DNA from: Camelus dromedarius | Taxonomy: Eukaryota | Reading direction: 5' to 3' | DNA: 64,000 nt | Assembly (NCBI RefSeq): GCF_036321535.1 | Contig: NC_087437.1 | Span: forward strand, 12,340,001 to 12,404,000 | Part shown: positions 1 through 12,417 of the stretch, one piece after another | How positions within the stretch are numbered: position 1 is the first letter of the stretch | How the letters are laid out: every line of letters starts with the position of its first letter | Position numbers and translations under genes: made by a program | Notes under the pieces: generated by a model | What the model was told of the DNA's origin: nothing | Databases searched by the model: none | The model's input: only the letters and a program-made list of their open reading frames with translations

Positions 1-1518
1 CTGTAAAGATGCAATATTAAATCATAACTGTGTAAAATTAACTCTAGTGTACACTGTACCACTGTAATAACTTGAGAGCCACCTCCTGTTGCTATCGTGG
101 CGAGCTCAAGTGATGCGAGTATCCATGGGACATTCATCATCTCTGTGTAAACATTTCATCTCTCCAGGAAACTGTGTGTCTATCAAAGTAAAAAGTGGTC
201 TCTCTAGGGCCTCCCCTACTTTTCATTGTGTTTACTGCAATACTGTAAACCTTTGAATAACACCATGAGAACCAAAAAGTACCACTAGTGATGCTGGAAA
301 TGCTCCCAAGAAGCAGAGAAAAGTCATGACATTACCAGAAAATGTTGAAATGCTTGATAAGGTCCGTAGGCTGAGGTCCACAGTTGCAGTTGCCACCATT
401 TCATGATAAATGAATCCAACATAAGAACCACTGTAAAAACAGAAAAAGAAATTTGTAGAGCCATCACCACAGATACACCAGCAGGCATGAAAACCTTGCA
501 CTTCTTGTGAAATACTTTTTTATCTCATATTGAAAATGCAACTTTTATATGGGTGAAGGATTGCTATAAGAAAGACACACCTATAGACCCCAATACGATT
601 TTGAGAAAAAGCAAAGTCATTATGTGACAACCTAAAGTGAAAAGAAGGTGAAGCGTCTAAAACTGAAGAATTTAAAGCCAGCACATAGTGGTTTTAGAAA
701 GAGGTTTGGCTTAAAAAATGTCAAGATGAGAGGAGAAGCGGCTCTGCCCACCAAGAGGCAGCAGATCTGTTCCCAGTCTCCATTAAGAAAATCACTGAGA
801 AAATCTCTCTGAATAGTTTTTAATGCAGATAGAAGTACCCTATTCTGAGGGTTTAAAAAAAAAAACACAATGGGCAAAGGAAGAGAAGTGAGCACCAGGA
901 TTTAAGGCAGGAAGGTATAGGCTAACTCTGCAGTCGGGTTATGGTCTGAACTGCCCTCATCTATAAAGCTGCTGCTCACCCCTAAGCCTTAGGGAGAAAA
1001 GATAAACAGCAGCTGCCAGTCTTTAGGCTGTAGGACAAGAAGACCTAGACAACAAGGACACTTTTTCTGTATTGGTTCCGTCGTTGATTTGTCCTTGAAG
1101 TTAGGAAGCACCTTGCCAGTAAGGGACTGCCTTTTAAAGTTCTTTTGATATTAGACAATGCCCCTGGCCACCCAGAACCTATGAGTTCAACACTGAACGT
1201 GTCGAAGTGGTCTGCTTGCTCCCAAACACAACGCCTCTAACTCTGCTTCATAAGGACCTTGAAGGCTCATTACACATGGTACTCCATGGAAAAGACTGTC
1301 AACGCTATGGAAGAGAACCTGACAGAGAGAACACTGTGAAAGTCTGGGAGGATCATGCCATCGAAGGTGCCATTGTTGTTATAGTAAAAGCTGTGAAAGC
1401 CATCAAGCTGGAAACAATAAATTCCTGCTGGAGAAAACTATGTCCAGATGTTGTGCATGACTTCATAGGAGTTACGACAGAGCCAATCAAGGATATCATG
1501 AAAGAGATTGTGGATATG

Positions 1519-1551
<33 letters not shown>

Positions 1552-3039
1552 TGAGACTGGCTGGGAGTGGGGACTTGGGGGGTGGAGGGTGTCAAGGTAA
1601 GGATCTTGGAGAAATTCAAGAACTGACAGACACCATACCAGAGGAATTAACAGAAGATGACCTGACATTGGTGCATGCTTCTGAACCAGTGCCAGACAAT
1701 AAGGAGGAAGACGTAGAAGCAGTGCCAGAAAACAAAATGACATTAGAGAACCTGGCAGAAGGGCTCCGATTATTCAAGACCGCTTTTGACTTCCTTTACA
1801 GCATGGACTCTTCTATGAGATGAGCACTGAAACTAAAGCAAACAGAGGAAGGATTGGTACCATACAGAGACATTTTTAGAGATATGAAAAAGCAAAGAAG
1901 TCAGAATTTACAACGTACTTCTATAAAGTTACACCGAGAGTACCTGCTCTCCTGCCTCCCAGTCACGTCCTCCTCCATCACTCTCACCTCTGTCACCCCG
2001 AGACAGCAAGACCCACCCCTTCTCTTCCTCCTCCTCCCCAGTCTCCTGAGCATGAACACGACAGGGATGAAGACCCTTATGATGATCTACTTCCACTTAA
2101 TGAATAGTGAAGAGTCACATGCCCTACAGTTAATAAACTTATTTGTTGTGTATGTGTGTAAATGTCTTTGGAAAATCTATTAACTGTAGGGCAAAAACTA
2201 TATGAGACGTTTTTGTGTCATCATCATCATCATTGACTAAGTATTCACTGTGTAGAATATCACGTGCAAGACTTGTATTGAAGTGGATAGCATAAGGTGA
2301 GTGATAGTTAACATAAAATTAATACTGTGTTAGTTTTCTTCTTGTTTTACAACTTTGCTTTCAAAGAATCACATTACTGCGCAGGATGCCTCTCGTCATT
2401 GGAGAAACTGTGTATCAGCCTATCATCACCGATAAAAGGATTTTTTTTAAAAGATGTAACAATGTTTCCAACACTATATGAGGGCTATGACTGTAAGACT
2501 ATATGCCATAAAAAATTTATAACGATTCATTCATTAGTGTATAGACTAGGCTACCATGAAGCAAACATATTGATTACACCAGGCTACCAGGATACCAAAA
2601 AATAATATGAATTTCTTTTTCACATTATCTTTTCATTTGTGATATCTAGTGTTAGTAATGTGTATAACATCTACAGTGTTTTGTATCATATAAGACAATA
2701 TTGATATCTTATATGATTATCTGACAGATAATTCACCTTGTAAACAGATGACTTAAGGTATCAATATATAGTACAGTACTGTGAATGCATTTTCTCTTTC
2801 TTTCATTTTCTTAATAGCATTTTCCTTTCTGTAGCTCAATTTATTGTAAGAAGTCAGTATATAATATGTGTATAACATACACAATATGTGTTAATCAGCT
2901 GTTTATGTTATTGGCAAGGCTTCTGGTTAACAGTAGGCTATTAGTAATCAAGTTTTTCAGGAATCACAAGTTATATGTGGGTTTTTGACTGTGCAGGGGG
3001 TTGGTGCCCCAAACCCCTGCATTGTTCAAAATTCAACTG
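1..3039 (+). mobile_element. Tigger1-family (TcMar/pogo) DNA transposon, decayed transposase; 5' end lies outside the window
   Basis: Transposase-like peptides (VKVWEDHAIEGAIVVIVKAVKAIKLETINSCWRKLCPDVVHDF; QELTDTIPEELTEDDL) with many stops and frameshifts; ends in a TIR-like ...gcattgttcaaaattcaactg at 3039; (CA)n expansion at 1520-1546. Confidence 0.9.
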
Positions 3040-3876
3040 TGTGTTATTTTCTTGTGCTTGTCCTCCATATAGTTGCCTCTATCTTAAGCAGTATCCGTTT
3101 TCCTTCTTGTTGTTTCTGATGTGGTTTCCTTTTATTTAATAATGGTTTGTTGCTTTCTTTCATTTCTTTCATAAGCAAAGCCAGATTACCTTTCATTTCT
3201 TTAATTTTCTTATCTCTTCTTTCACCTTGAGTATTGATCCTTTGGTGTTCTCCCCACCTGCCAAAGATCCCGTGTATCCTTTCATTTTTCTTAAGAGTAT
3301 AAAGGAGTATTTATAGTTTTCCTCATTTCCCATGCCCTGAAATGTATTGATTGCTTTTATATACCTTTTTTGATGGGAGACTGGGGAGTGTAATGGTATC
3401 CACATACAGATGCCCCGCGTTGGATTCATGTTGAGTGCCAGTCATCTGTGTGTGACTGTGTGCTCACCACCAGTGTAGGTAAAAGCATGCATGTAGGGAG
3501 TGGGTTGAGACTAACAAGAACACACTTTCACTGATGCATCTTCTGCTCTAGAAGAAGATTTCTCTTCTGGGAGAGCAAATCACTGAGGCAGAGGTTGGGG
3601 TGGCTCATAGTGAAGTTTCCTGACCAAACTGCAATTTGCTTCTCTCCATTCTTCCTTGTTTCTTCTCTGTTCACCTTGTCTCCAGTAAGTTATCTTAGCA
3701 TTGCAAGGAGCTAGAACTCCACAAGGTGGTTTCTTTTTCCTTGATGTCCTGCCCACTAATGCAGTCCTCACTCTTCTATGGAAGGAATTATTACCAGGGC
3801 CTTGCAGTCCCCATTAACTCACCTTCAGAAAAATGTGTACCCATCTAGAAAAGCTTGCAAGAATCTGGCGGGGGTT

Positions 3877-3915
3877 TGTTGGTTGGTTGGTTGGTTGGTT
3901 GGTTGGTTGGTTGGT
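3877..3915. repeat. (TTGG)n microsatellite
   Basis: Direct reading: ttgttggttggttggttgg... Confidence 0.95.
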
Positions 3916-4567
3916 TTTTAACTCAATTTGGAACAGACATCACTGAGTCAGGCAAACTATCTCCAGAGTCTGTGATCTGTGGTTGTTTTTATTTTCTAAT
4001 TAATTGTGAACTCTATTTTCTACCCTATTTTTCATTCCTTTTGTTTGTTTCCATGAATTTCAGGGAAAAGGACACAGATAACTTTACTTCGTTTTTTTCT
4101 GTATGAGTTTTATGTGACTTCTTAAAAGTGGACAAAATACAAAGATTCCTAAATTGAATTTGATAAATGTAATAAAGCTTTAAAGTCCTCTCTCAAATCT
4201 CAAACCAGTAGAAAATCATAATTCTCCATAAATTACCATGATTCACAGTGCCTGTCTACAAACTGGTGTCTTTTACTGATTCTTGTCCACCTTAATATAT
4301 TAGTAAGCATTCTACCCCAGTAGTCACCGGCTATATTGTGTAATGGTAAAGAGATGTGTGGACCTTTTGCTACTATCTTGCTATCAAAAATAAAATGATA
4401 GATGTATATATCAGTGAAATTAAGTTCTGTATTTTAAACGGGTGCATTTTAAAAAAAATGCAGTGGACTTTTTTCCCCCAGCAGTCATTGTTAGAAAGCA
4501 TTAAATTGAGCATTCAAGATTAATTCTCTGGCAGGTCAAGAGGAGAACAGCATGTAGCCAATCCTAC

Positions 4568-4695
4568 CTTAGTGTTCCTTCTTAATGGCTCCAGCACAGT
4601 GTGAAAAAGTAAACAGTTGTGACAAGAGACGTAATGGATGAGTTGGGTGTGACAGGTCATCCTCTCTTTAAGTTCATCCTCTCTTTAAGTATAGT
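4568..4695 (-). pseudogene. Exon-like block disrupted by a 17-bp tandem duplication
   Basis: Acceptor ccacttcattacag|ACT, donor AAG|gtagga. 128 nt as is; removing one copy of the duplication (plus 4657-4673/4674-4690) gives 111 nt, phase 0-0, open: TILKERMTCHTQLIHYVSCHNCLLFHTVLEPLRRNTK. Confidence 0.45.
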
Positions 4696-5334
4696 CTGTA
4701 ATGAAGTGGACCATAGTTTTTCAGATCATCAAAGACTTGTATTGTAAACCTTATTTCTAGAGTAGGGAAGGATCTTGAGTAAATATATTATGAATGATGG
4801 TGCCTAGTGACACCAAAGGAATAAAAACAAATAATGAATGAAAGTATGCTTATCCTGAAGTGTTAGCCTAGGAACCGCTGGTAATAATAAGACCCCTTCT
4901 CTTTTCTATGTCTCTACTGCCATTCTCCCATATAGAAATACTCTATTTAGAATCATTTAATTTCTTAAGTGTTTGGAGAAGAGTGATTTTATAATTATTA
5001 AGGACAGTAAGCTAAGAGCATTTTCCCCCCAAATCCAACACATCTCCTGCCTTTTCACACACTGGAAACACAGAGATGTGTAGAAATGAAGTGAAATAGT
5101 GGTCCAGCTCTGCTTCCTCATTTCATGGAATCATAAATAGGGGACACTTTCCCCTTCTCCCACTAATCTCCAAGTCTCAGGAAGATAGACTCATAGGAAG
5201 AAGTCAAAATAATGCCCTATTCACCAGCATAAATTGTTACTCACACCTGGAGTAGAGTGTTTCAAAGAAAAATTAAATTCCTCAGTTAAATTATAATTGT
5301 CTCATGGTTAGTTTCTAATAACAATTATCATTAT

Positions 5335-5520
5335 AGTTAACATTTATTTAGTACCTACAGTGTATCAGGCACGCTGATAGGCATTTTATACACATCATTG
5401 GTTTAATTTTCCCAGATATGAAGCATTCTTCCAATTTATAGAAAGCTGAGGTTTGCCCCAGACCATAGGATGAAAACTGCATTCTTCCAGACTCCAGGGC
5501 CCACAGTCTTACTCTGCTGT
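5335..5520 (-). mobile_element. MIR SINE
   Basis: MIR core in reverse (catttatttagtacctacagtgtatcaggcac...ccaatttatagaaagctgagg). Confidence 0.75.
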
Positions 5521-5522
5521 TG

Positions 5523-5668
5523 CAGTGCTGTCCATTATGATAGCTTCTAACCACATGTAGCCACTGAGCACTGGAAATGTGCCTAATGTGATAAGAAACT
5601 GAATTTTAAGTTTATTTTAATTTTAAATTTAAATAGCCACATAAAGCTACCATATTAGACTACACAGA
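5523..5668. mobile_element. MER3-like hAT-Charlie MITE
   Basis: cagtgctgtcc...ccacatgtagccactgagcactggaaatgt...aatagccaca...catattagactacacag pattern. Confidence 0.75.
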
Positions 5669-5699
5669 TCTTGTTGTCTTCTATAAGATTCAGTTTTTA

Positions 5700-5928
5700 T
5701 GGGAGTTCAAAATTTGTAGATATTGACAGGTAAGTATCAAATAGATAAACAAGATTATACATTATAGCACAGAGAAATATATACAAGATCTTGTGGTAGC
5801 TCATGGTGAAAAAGTATGCAACAATGAATATAAGTATGTTCATGTATAACTGAAAAGTTGTGCTCTATACTGGAAATTGACACAACATTGTAAACTGACT
5901 ATAACTCAATAAAATAAAATTAGGAAAA
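5700..5928 (+). mobile_element. Young 5'-truncated L1 3' end with TSD
   Basis: L1 3'UTR (...gacacaacattgtaaactgactataactcaataaaa) with A-tail; TSD aagattc(a/c)gttttta at 5685-5699 and 5929-5943. Confidence 0.85.
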
Positions 5929-6302
5929 AAGATTCCGTTTTTAAATTTTCTGTTATGCAGCAATAAGTAATCAATGCACTGAACGAGAACTATAATCTGA
6001 CTAAAATCCTTGTATCTAAACTCTTATGAAAATAAGAAAATCTTATACAAATATAGAAGTTGACTTGTAAGTATGTTTCATTGGCTCTCAGCTCCTAGGA
6101 ATACCCACTCCTTAAAACAAACAACTATTTAACCCCCAGTCCCCCAGAACAAATTTACACTTTGCTGTTAACATTTTAAGGGTTATTCCAGAGAGACATT
6201 TGAAAGCAAGAACTCAATACTTCTGGCATGTTTAACTAAAAGACTGCTCAATACTATACAGGAGAACAAAGCAATGACTGCTTTTCTCAGTAGAATTTCT
6301 AC

Positions 6303-6450
6303 CGTTTTTAAAGTTAGCTTATTTGACTTATAACCACATTGGTCCTTCCAGTTCGGAAACACCAAAGGCAAGGTCTCTTTGATTACTGAGATTCCTTCAG
6401 CTCCTCTGAAATCGAACCCTGAAGTCCTTGTAGACTTTTAGTTTTGCTTC
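6303..6450 (-). pseudogene. Exon-like block needing one frameshift
   Basis: ctgacag|GAAGC ... AAAACG|gtagaa; encodes ...TRTSGFDFRGAEGISVIKETLPLVFPNWKDQCGYKSNKLTLKT and exits in phase 0, matching the 4695 exon. Splice sites are only moderate. Confidence 0.3.
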
Positions 6451-6539
6451 CTGTCAGCCAAGCAACTCTGTTAGAAAGGGTTCAGAGCCCTGAGAGCTTT
6501 CAGTTTATTTCTTGGAGAAGTTAAAGCTATAACAATAGC

Positions 6540-8825
6540 TTTCAATATGTGAGAGTCCCAGTTGTTCTGCAATTTTGTCGGCACTTAGTAATGTCTTTTT
6601 TTTCTTTTAAACATTAACCATTCTAGTATGTAACATTATCAATTGTGGTCTAAATTTATTTTTCTCGAATGACTAATGAAGTTGGGCATCTTTTCATGTA
6701 TTTACCTGTCATCCATATATTCTCTTTGAAGGGTCATTTCACTTTTTGTGCATTTTAAAATTGGGTTACTTGCCTTCTTATTGTTGAATTTTAAGAATAC
6801 TCTATATATTCTGCTTGTAAGGCCTTTGTTGGAGATGTGATGTGCAAATATTTCCTTCCATTCTGTGGCTTGTCTTTTCATTCTCTTAACACTATCTTTC
6901 ACAGAGCAAAACTTCTTAATTTTGAAGAAGTCCAATTTATCCTTTTTTTTTTTTTCTTTTGGTATCATATCCAAGATCTCATTTCCCAACAAAGGTCACA
7001 AAGATTTTCTTCTAAAAGTCATACAGCTTTATGTTTACCATGTAGAACTATGAGTTATTGTTTGATATTTATTTTTCTTTTGCATATAGATGTCAAATTT
7101 CGTATCAATTATTTGTCATAAAGACTGTCATTCTTTATTTAACCATCTTTGTATCTTTGTTAAAATTAATTGATCATATTGACTCGGTTCTCTTTCATCA
7201 ATCTATGTGTTTATGCTTTTACCAATACTACATCATGTTTATTTATGTAGATTTACCATAAGTCTTAGCATTAAATAGTGCAGTTGCTCCAATTTTGTTT
7301 TATTTCCAAATTTTTTGGCAGTTTTAGTAGCTTTGACACTTCCAAATAAGTGTTAGAATTAAGCTTCTTGGTGTCTATAAGATGATTCTCAGTGTGACTT
7401 CATTGAATCTATAGAACTATTTGGGAAGAATTGGCATTTTGACAATATCAAAAGTCTTCTCATCCATGAACATAGTATATCTCTTCATTTATTTAGGTTC
7501 TCTTTGAGTTTTTTTGACCAGAGTTTTATAATTTTCAACATACATGTCTTGCCCATATTTTTTAAGATTTATGTATAAATACTTATTGATGCTATCGTAA
7601 ATGGTACTTCATAAAATTTTGATTCCCAAATACAGTAATAAAATTGATTTTTTTGTATATTGACTTTGTATCCTGTGATCTTCCTAATATCACTTATTAG
7701 TTCTAGAAGGGGTGTGTGTGTGTGTGCGTGCATGTGCATATGCATATATTTATAAATTCCTTGGGATTTTTCATGTATGCAATCTTCTCACATGTAGATA
7801 GAGACACTTTTATTTCTTCCCTTCTAGTCTGTGTGCCTTTTATTTCTTTTACTATTTTATTGCACTGACTAGGACTTCCAGAACAATGCTGAATAAGAAT
7901 AGTGAAGACAGAGATACTTGTGCTGGTCCCAATATTAGGAAGAAAGCATTCAGTCTTTCATCCTAAAATATAATGTAAGCTATAAAATTTTTAGTTGCTC
8001 TTTATCAGGGTAAGGGCATATTTTTATTCCTGATTTGCCAAGAGTTTTTTTTTTTTTATCATGAATGAATATTGGATTTTGTCAAATGATTTTTCTGTTT
8101 CTATTAAGAGGATTACATGTTTCTTCTTTAGCCTGTTAATACCATGATTAGATTGATTTTGAATATTGAGCCAGGTTTGTTTCCTTAGGATAAATCACCC
8201 TTCACTGTGATCTATTATTATTTCTATAGTTTTATATATAGCCAATTTGCTAATATTTTGTTGAGGATTTTGAGGTCTGTTCATAAGGGATACTGGTCTG
8301 TAGTTTTCTTGTAATATCTTTGTCTGGTTTTGCTATCCAGGTAATTCTGGTTTTGTGATATGAGTTGGAAAATATTACTTCCTCTTCTATTTTCAGGAAG
8401 AGATTGTGTAAAATTGCTATTATTTCGTTCCTAAATAGTTGTTAGAATTTACCAGGGAAACCATCTGGGTTTGGGATTTTCTTTGTTGGAAGGTTTTTAA
8501 ACGACAAATTCAATTTCTTTAATATCTATAAGCTATCCAGCTTATATATTTCTTCTTGAATAAATTTTGATAGTTTGTCTTTAAAGGAATTGGTGCATTT
8601 CATCTCAGTTTTGGGTCTATCAGATCTATAGTGATATTCCCTCTTTCATTCTTAATATGGGTAATTTGTGTTTCTTCTCTCTTTTTGTTGATTAGTCTGA
8701 CTAGATACTTATCCCTTTGATTAATCTTTACAAAGAACTAGCTTCTGTTTTTATTAATTTTCTCTATAGGTTTTCTGTTTTCAATTTTATCCTATTCTGC
8801 TCTTATCTTTACTATTTCTTTCTTT
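6540..8825 (-). mobile_element. Old L1M ORF2 fragment
   Basis: ORF 6702-6992 (KDKLDFFKIKKFCSVKDSVKRMKRQATEWKEIFAHHISNKGLTSRIY) is the L1 ORF2 C-terminal region; T-rich antisense L1 continues to ~8820. Confidence 0.9.
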
Positions 8826-9397
8826 GTGTGGGGAAGAAAACAATCTTTTTCCTACTACCATCCTAGATGGCTGGGGCCCTGAAAATTAAACTGACAAAAG
8901 ACAGATCAACAAGAGATAAGCATAAAAGTTTATTTAATATAAGTTTTACATGACACAGGAGTCTTTGTAAGAAAAGTAACACCTGAAGAAATGGTTAAAC
9001 CTGAGTCTTTTTACCAGGTTTGATGAAAAGTGGAAAGTCATGGGAGTGCATGATAGCACAGAAGGCTTGAGCTAAGCATAATAAACTGGAGAAAACTTAA
9101 TAAGACCTGTTCACTTATGACTGTTCTCTGCACCACTCCATCTCCAGAGATAAGGATGCTTCCTCCCTGCAGATGGAGGGAGGGCACCTCTTACAAGAGG
9201 ATGTTACGACCTGCTTCAGAGAAGAAAGGAGATGTCAGAGAGCCCTTCTAGCACTTTCTATTTATATGGCCTGCTTCATGGAAGAAAGGGAAACTCAGAG
9301 AGTCCTTCCTGTATTTGCCATTCCTCAAATGCCTTCAGCTTAAAACACCCAACATGCCAAGTTTCTGTATTTTGGAGTAGCATGCTCTCAACCTGTC
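8826..9397. mobile_element. Solo ERV1-class LTR (MER4/MER34-group-like)
   Basis: Starts tg; contains gaaaattaaactgacaaaagacagat and ttcctcaaatgccttcagcttaaaa...catgcca...tttggagtagcatg motifs typical of this LTR group; interrupts the L1. Confidence 0.65.
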
Positions 9398-10278
9398 CTT
9401 TGCACCTGTTCCATGTATGCATGACTTGTGATTGAGTCTGGGACTTGTATCAGTTTATAATACAGAATTAGAAGATCTTCTCCAGTTTTCTCTTCCCTGG
9501 AATTTTCCCACACTCTCTGGTTGCAGAGGAACCCCCTTCCTGGTTCCTTTGGCCAGAGAGATGGGTTTCTTCCTCAAAACTCTTGCACATTTCTCAGTGA
9601 CTCACATTTGCCCTTGGGATAAATCAACAAGAGAAAAAAAGGAGGAAAAAGAATTACAGGAATTCCCCACACACACATTTTGGACCTCAGGGAACTCTTT
9701 TTCAGGTTCCTCTGGCCAGAGAGGCAGTTTTTTTTTTCTTGGAGTCTTATATACTCATGCCACTGTTACCACTGTGACATCCCCACAACATGAGTACAGC
9801 GTCATGGCAGGGACTGTCCACCAGCAAGGCTGGATGAGGGAAAAAACCTCCAGGTATTCCCTCTGTAACTTCTATCTCACAGGAGCCCCTTTTTCTGATC
9901 AGAAAGAGGAGTTTCTCTCAGTATGTGCTTCTCATGCCCATTGCATAGGTTTGCAACTTAGGGCATCTGGTCCCCATCAGTAGATTCAATGATGCTGGCC
10001 ATTCCTCAAGTTTCAGCTTTCCTCACTCTCTGCTTACAGAGTGCTTACTTTTCAGAGTTCTCAGATAGTCTATGTTCTGTCTGGACTCCCTCGTTGTGAT
10101 ATGCAGAGACAGAGTCTCAGGCAGAATAACTGCATCTTGGCAGGCACTGCACAATCTCACCATCAAATATCACAGGCAGAATTTTACTCAGAAGACCATA
10201 AGAGGTTCTGCAAGTTGGGTTTGAAATGACAGTAGATTCAAAAGTTTAGAGACATTTGAGATGAGTTAGGATACTGAC

Positions 10279-10428
10279 CTACAAAAGCAGCCTCTTTCTC
10301 TGCACCAGAAGAAGTTGGAAATGTTTTCGGGGCCCCAGCAAAGGTGAAGGGTGCTGACTCTTCATTATGATCAAAGTTCAACTGCCTTTTTCCTCTGTGT
10401 CTGTAATAGTCATCACACTTTTTACTCA
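10279..10428 (-). pseudogene. Open 150-nt exon-like block (phase 1-1)
   Basis: ttttgtctgtgatttaag|TGAGT ... TTTGTAG|gtcagt; exactly 150 nt with only one frame open: xSKKCDDYYRHRGKRQLNFDHNEESAPFTFAGAPKTFPTSSGAEKEAAFV. Confidence 0.5.
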
Positions 10429-10748
10429 CTTAAATCACAGACAAAACATCCCATAGATGAAATAAGCAAATCTGCTGTTTCATGTGGTTAACCACTTTTC
10501 TATTACTTATTACAGTCCTTTGGCAAGGTTACAAGATAATAGGGCAGAGTGAAGAAACACACAGATAGACACATGAGGTGGGAACGTTTTGTTACAAAAA
10601 CCCTTCTTCGACTAGTGTTCATTTTCTAACTTGTGCATTAAAATAGAATTAGAAGTCTCATTATTTTCCCCACAATACTTGTATCCATGAATAAATGGTG
10701 TGATCCAAAAAGTGACCCAATATTTATTCAGATGCAAGAGACATTCAC

Positions 10749-10835
10749 CACCTCTGTTTTTTATGTTAACATCAACTCTGGGGTCACAGATCAAACATCT
10801 CTTTGTATCTTAGAAGATCATCAACTGCAAGTTGC
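10749..10835 (-). pseudogene. Exon-like block with internal frameshift or stop
   Basis: Strong acceptor cactcttttctcag|GCAAC, donor GTG|gtgaat. Entry frame QLAVDDLLRYKEMFDL*; exit frame CLICDPRVDVNIKNRG in phase 1, matching the 10428 exon. Confidence 0.4.
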
Positions 10836-11207
10836 CTGAGAAAAGAGTGTGTGAATTTTTTCAGGGGATCTTAGTTTTTGCTTTATCTTCTTTAGACTTT
10901 CTAGGTATTCTCTTTATATATTCCTCAGAAATAGTCATATTTCTGATTTTCATTCATCTCATGATATGAAGGATTGGCTATATATATATATACCCTGCTA
11001 CATTCATTCAGCAAATATTAATTATGCCAAGAAACAATGCTAATTGTTAGAATTAAGCAGTAAATAAAACCTGTAGACGTGGGGGACAGGCAGGCACCCC
11101 GCCTTATATTACTCATCAATAGTGTTCAAGCTCCAGACAATTTGGAAGACAATAATACCCTGTTTATTCTTACCTTAGAATAACAGGTGGGTCATTTCTT
11201 GCTTTAC

Positions 11208-11290
11208 CTTTCTCTGGCCAAATATTTATTCCACTGACTTTCTTCCTCTAAAAAGTCCTGAGCCCATGAAGTGAAAGTCATGAACGAGAC
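11208..11290 (-). pseudogene. Open 83-nt exon-like block (phase 0-2)
   Basis: gctgtttag|GTCTCG ... GAAAG|gtaaag; VSFMTFTSWAQDFLEEESQWNKYLARE, joining in frame to RQLAVDDLL at 10835. Confidence 0.4.
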
Positions 11291-12417
11291 CTAAACAGCC
11301 ATTATGTTACTCATAAGAGAAAAGGGGAGGAAAGGATGGAATGTAAGAGGCAGTGAAGGAGGGAAGGAAAGAGAAAGGGAAGAGAAGATGGAAGAGGGAA
11401 GGAAGAACCAGAGGACTGTCTTCCCCTCACTGGGCATCTTATAAATATGGAAGAGCTGTTGCTACAAACTGTCAATACTAACATGTCCATGTATAATCGA
11501 GCGAATAAATGCTGACTCTTCCATCAACGTCCTTCTGCTGTTTCAGTGATCTAGCATTTCATATGGAATTTAGCATTTAGTAGATGGTGTAAGGAAAACA
11601 GAGCAGAATTCTTCCTCATGCAATATATTTGATAAAAGGTGCTTAGGACTGTTTTTTAATTTAGGTGTCATTATTATTTATCTGGAAGATCTTATATCAA
11701 TCCTTATGGTTCATATAGGTTTTTAATATAATTTTCATTTAAAATCTCAGAGATAATAACATTTATCTGAGAATTGTCTGCCCTCTTATCTTTCTATTTC
11801 TCTACCTAAACTCTACTCTAAACACAAGCTGTAAGTCTTCCAGTCTTGAACTAATCAGACTGTGCAGCTTCCACATTTGCTATTTTTTGGTACTTTTGAT
11901 ATTGCTCACATGCTATTATCATAATTGCCATCTTTCCATTTAACGAAGCTCTCTTTTTATCTGAAAAAAATTTCCCCTAACAGTTAAAAGCTTTCCTGCC
12001 TTAATACCTCACAACAGAAGGACTCTCTATAGAAGAATATTCAGTACACTTTGGGCAATCCACTTAGAGAACTTGGTTACTAAAGAACTAAAATGATCTC
12101 ACAATAAGTTAATGTCATTTATTAGACAATCTCTAAGGGTAGCTTCCCACAACAGCATTATAAAGTGATTTTAAAGTAACCAGAATATTATTTTAATAAA
12201 TATTCTGTTTGTTTTCTCTCTTGTCATTCATTTTCCTCTTTCCACTTCAACATTGCAAATACTATATGCCATTTTCCTAGATCGTACAGTGGGGGAAAAC
12301 CTATACTCTAAACAGTTCTCGGTTTTACATAGGCTGGTAATCTTTGTTTAAAAATTATACTCCAAAAATATAATGATGTGATGTGTAAGCTCTTTTGGTC
12401 AGTAACTCAGATATAGT

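Noticed and set aside
1207..2183. ORFs 1207-1554, 1551-1823 and 1854-2183 as a domesticated TIGD-like gene
   Set aside because: They are fragments of a Tigger1 transposase with many frameshifts, stops and a (CA)n insertion.
9432..9983. 183-aa ORF
   Set aside because: Non-ATG start, no recognisable domain, and the DNA resembles an old L1 5' region or repeat remnant.
11806..12087. Two extra exon-like blocks (12087-12008, 11960-11806) that phase-match the chain
   Set aside because: They contain five stops in total and would be separated by a 47-nt intron, too short to be credible; not listed as features.
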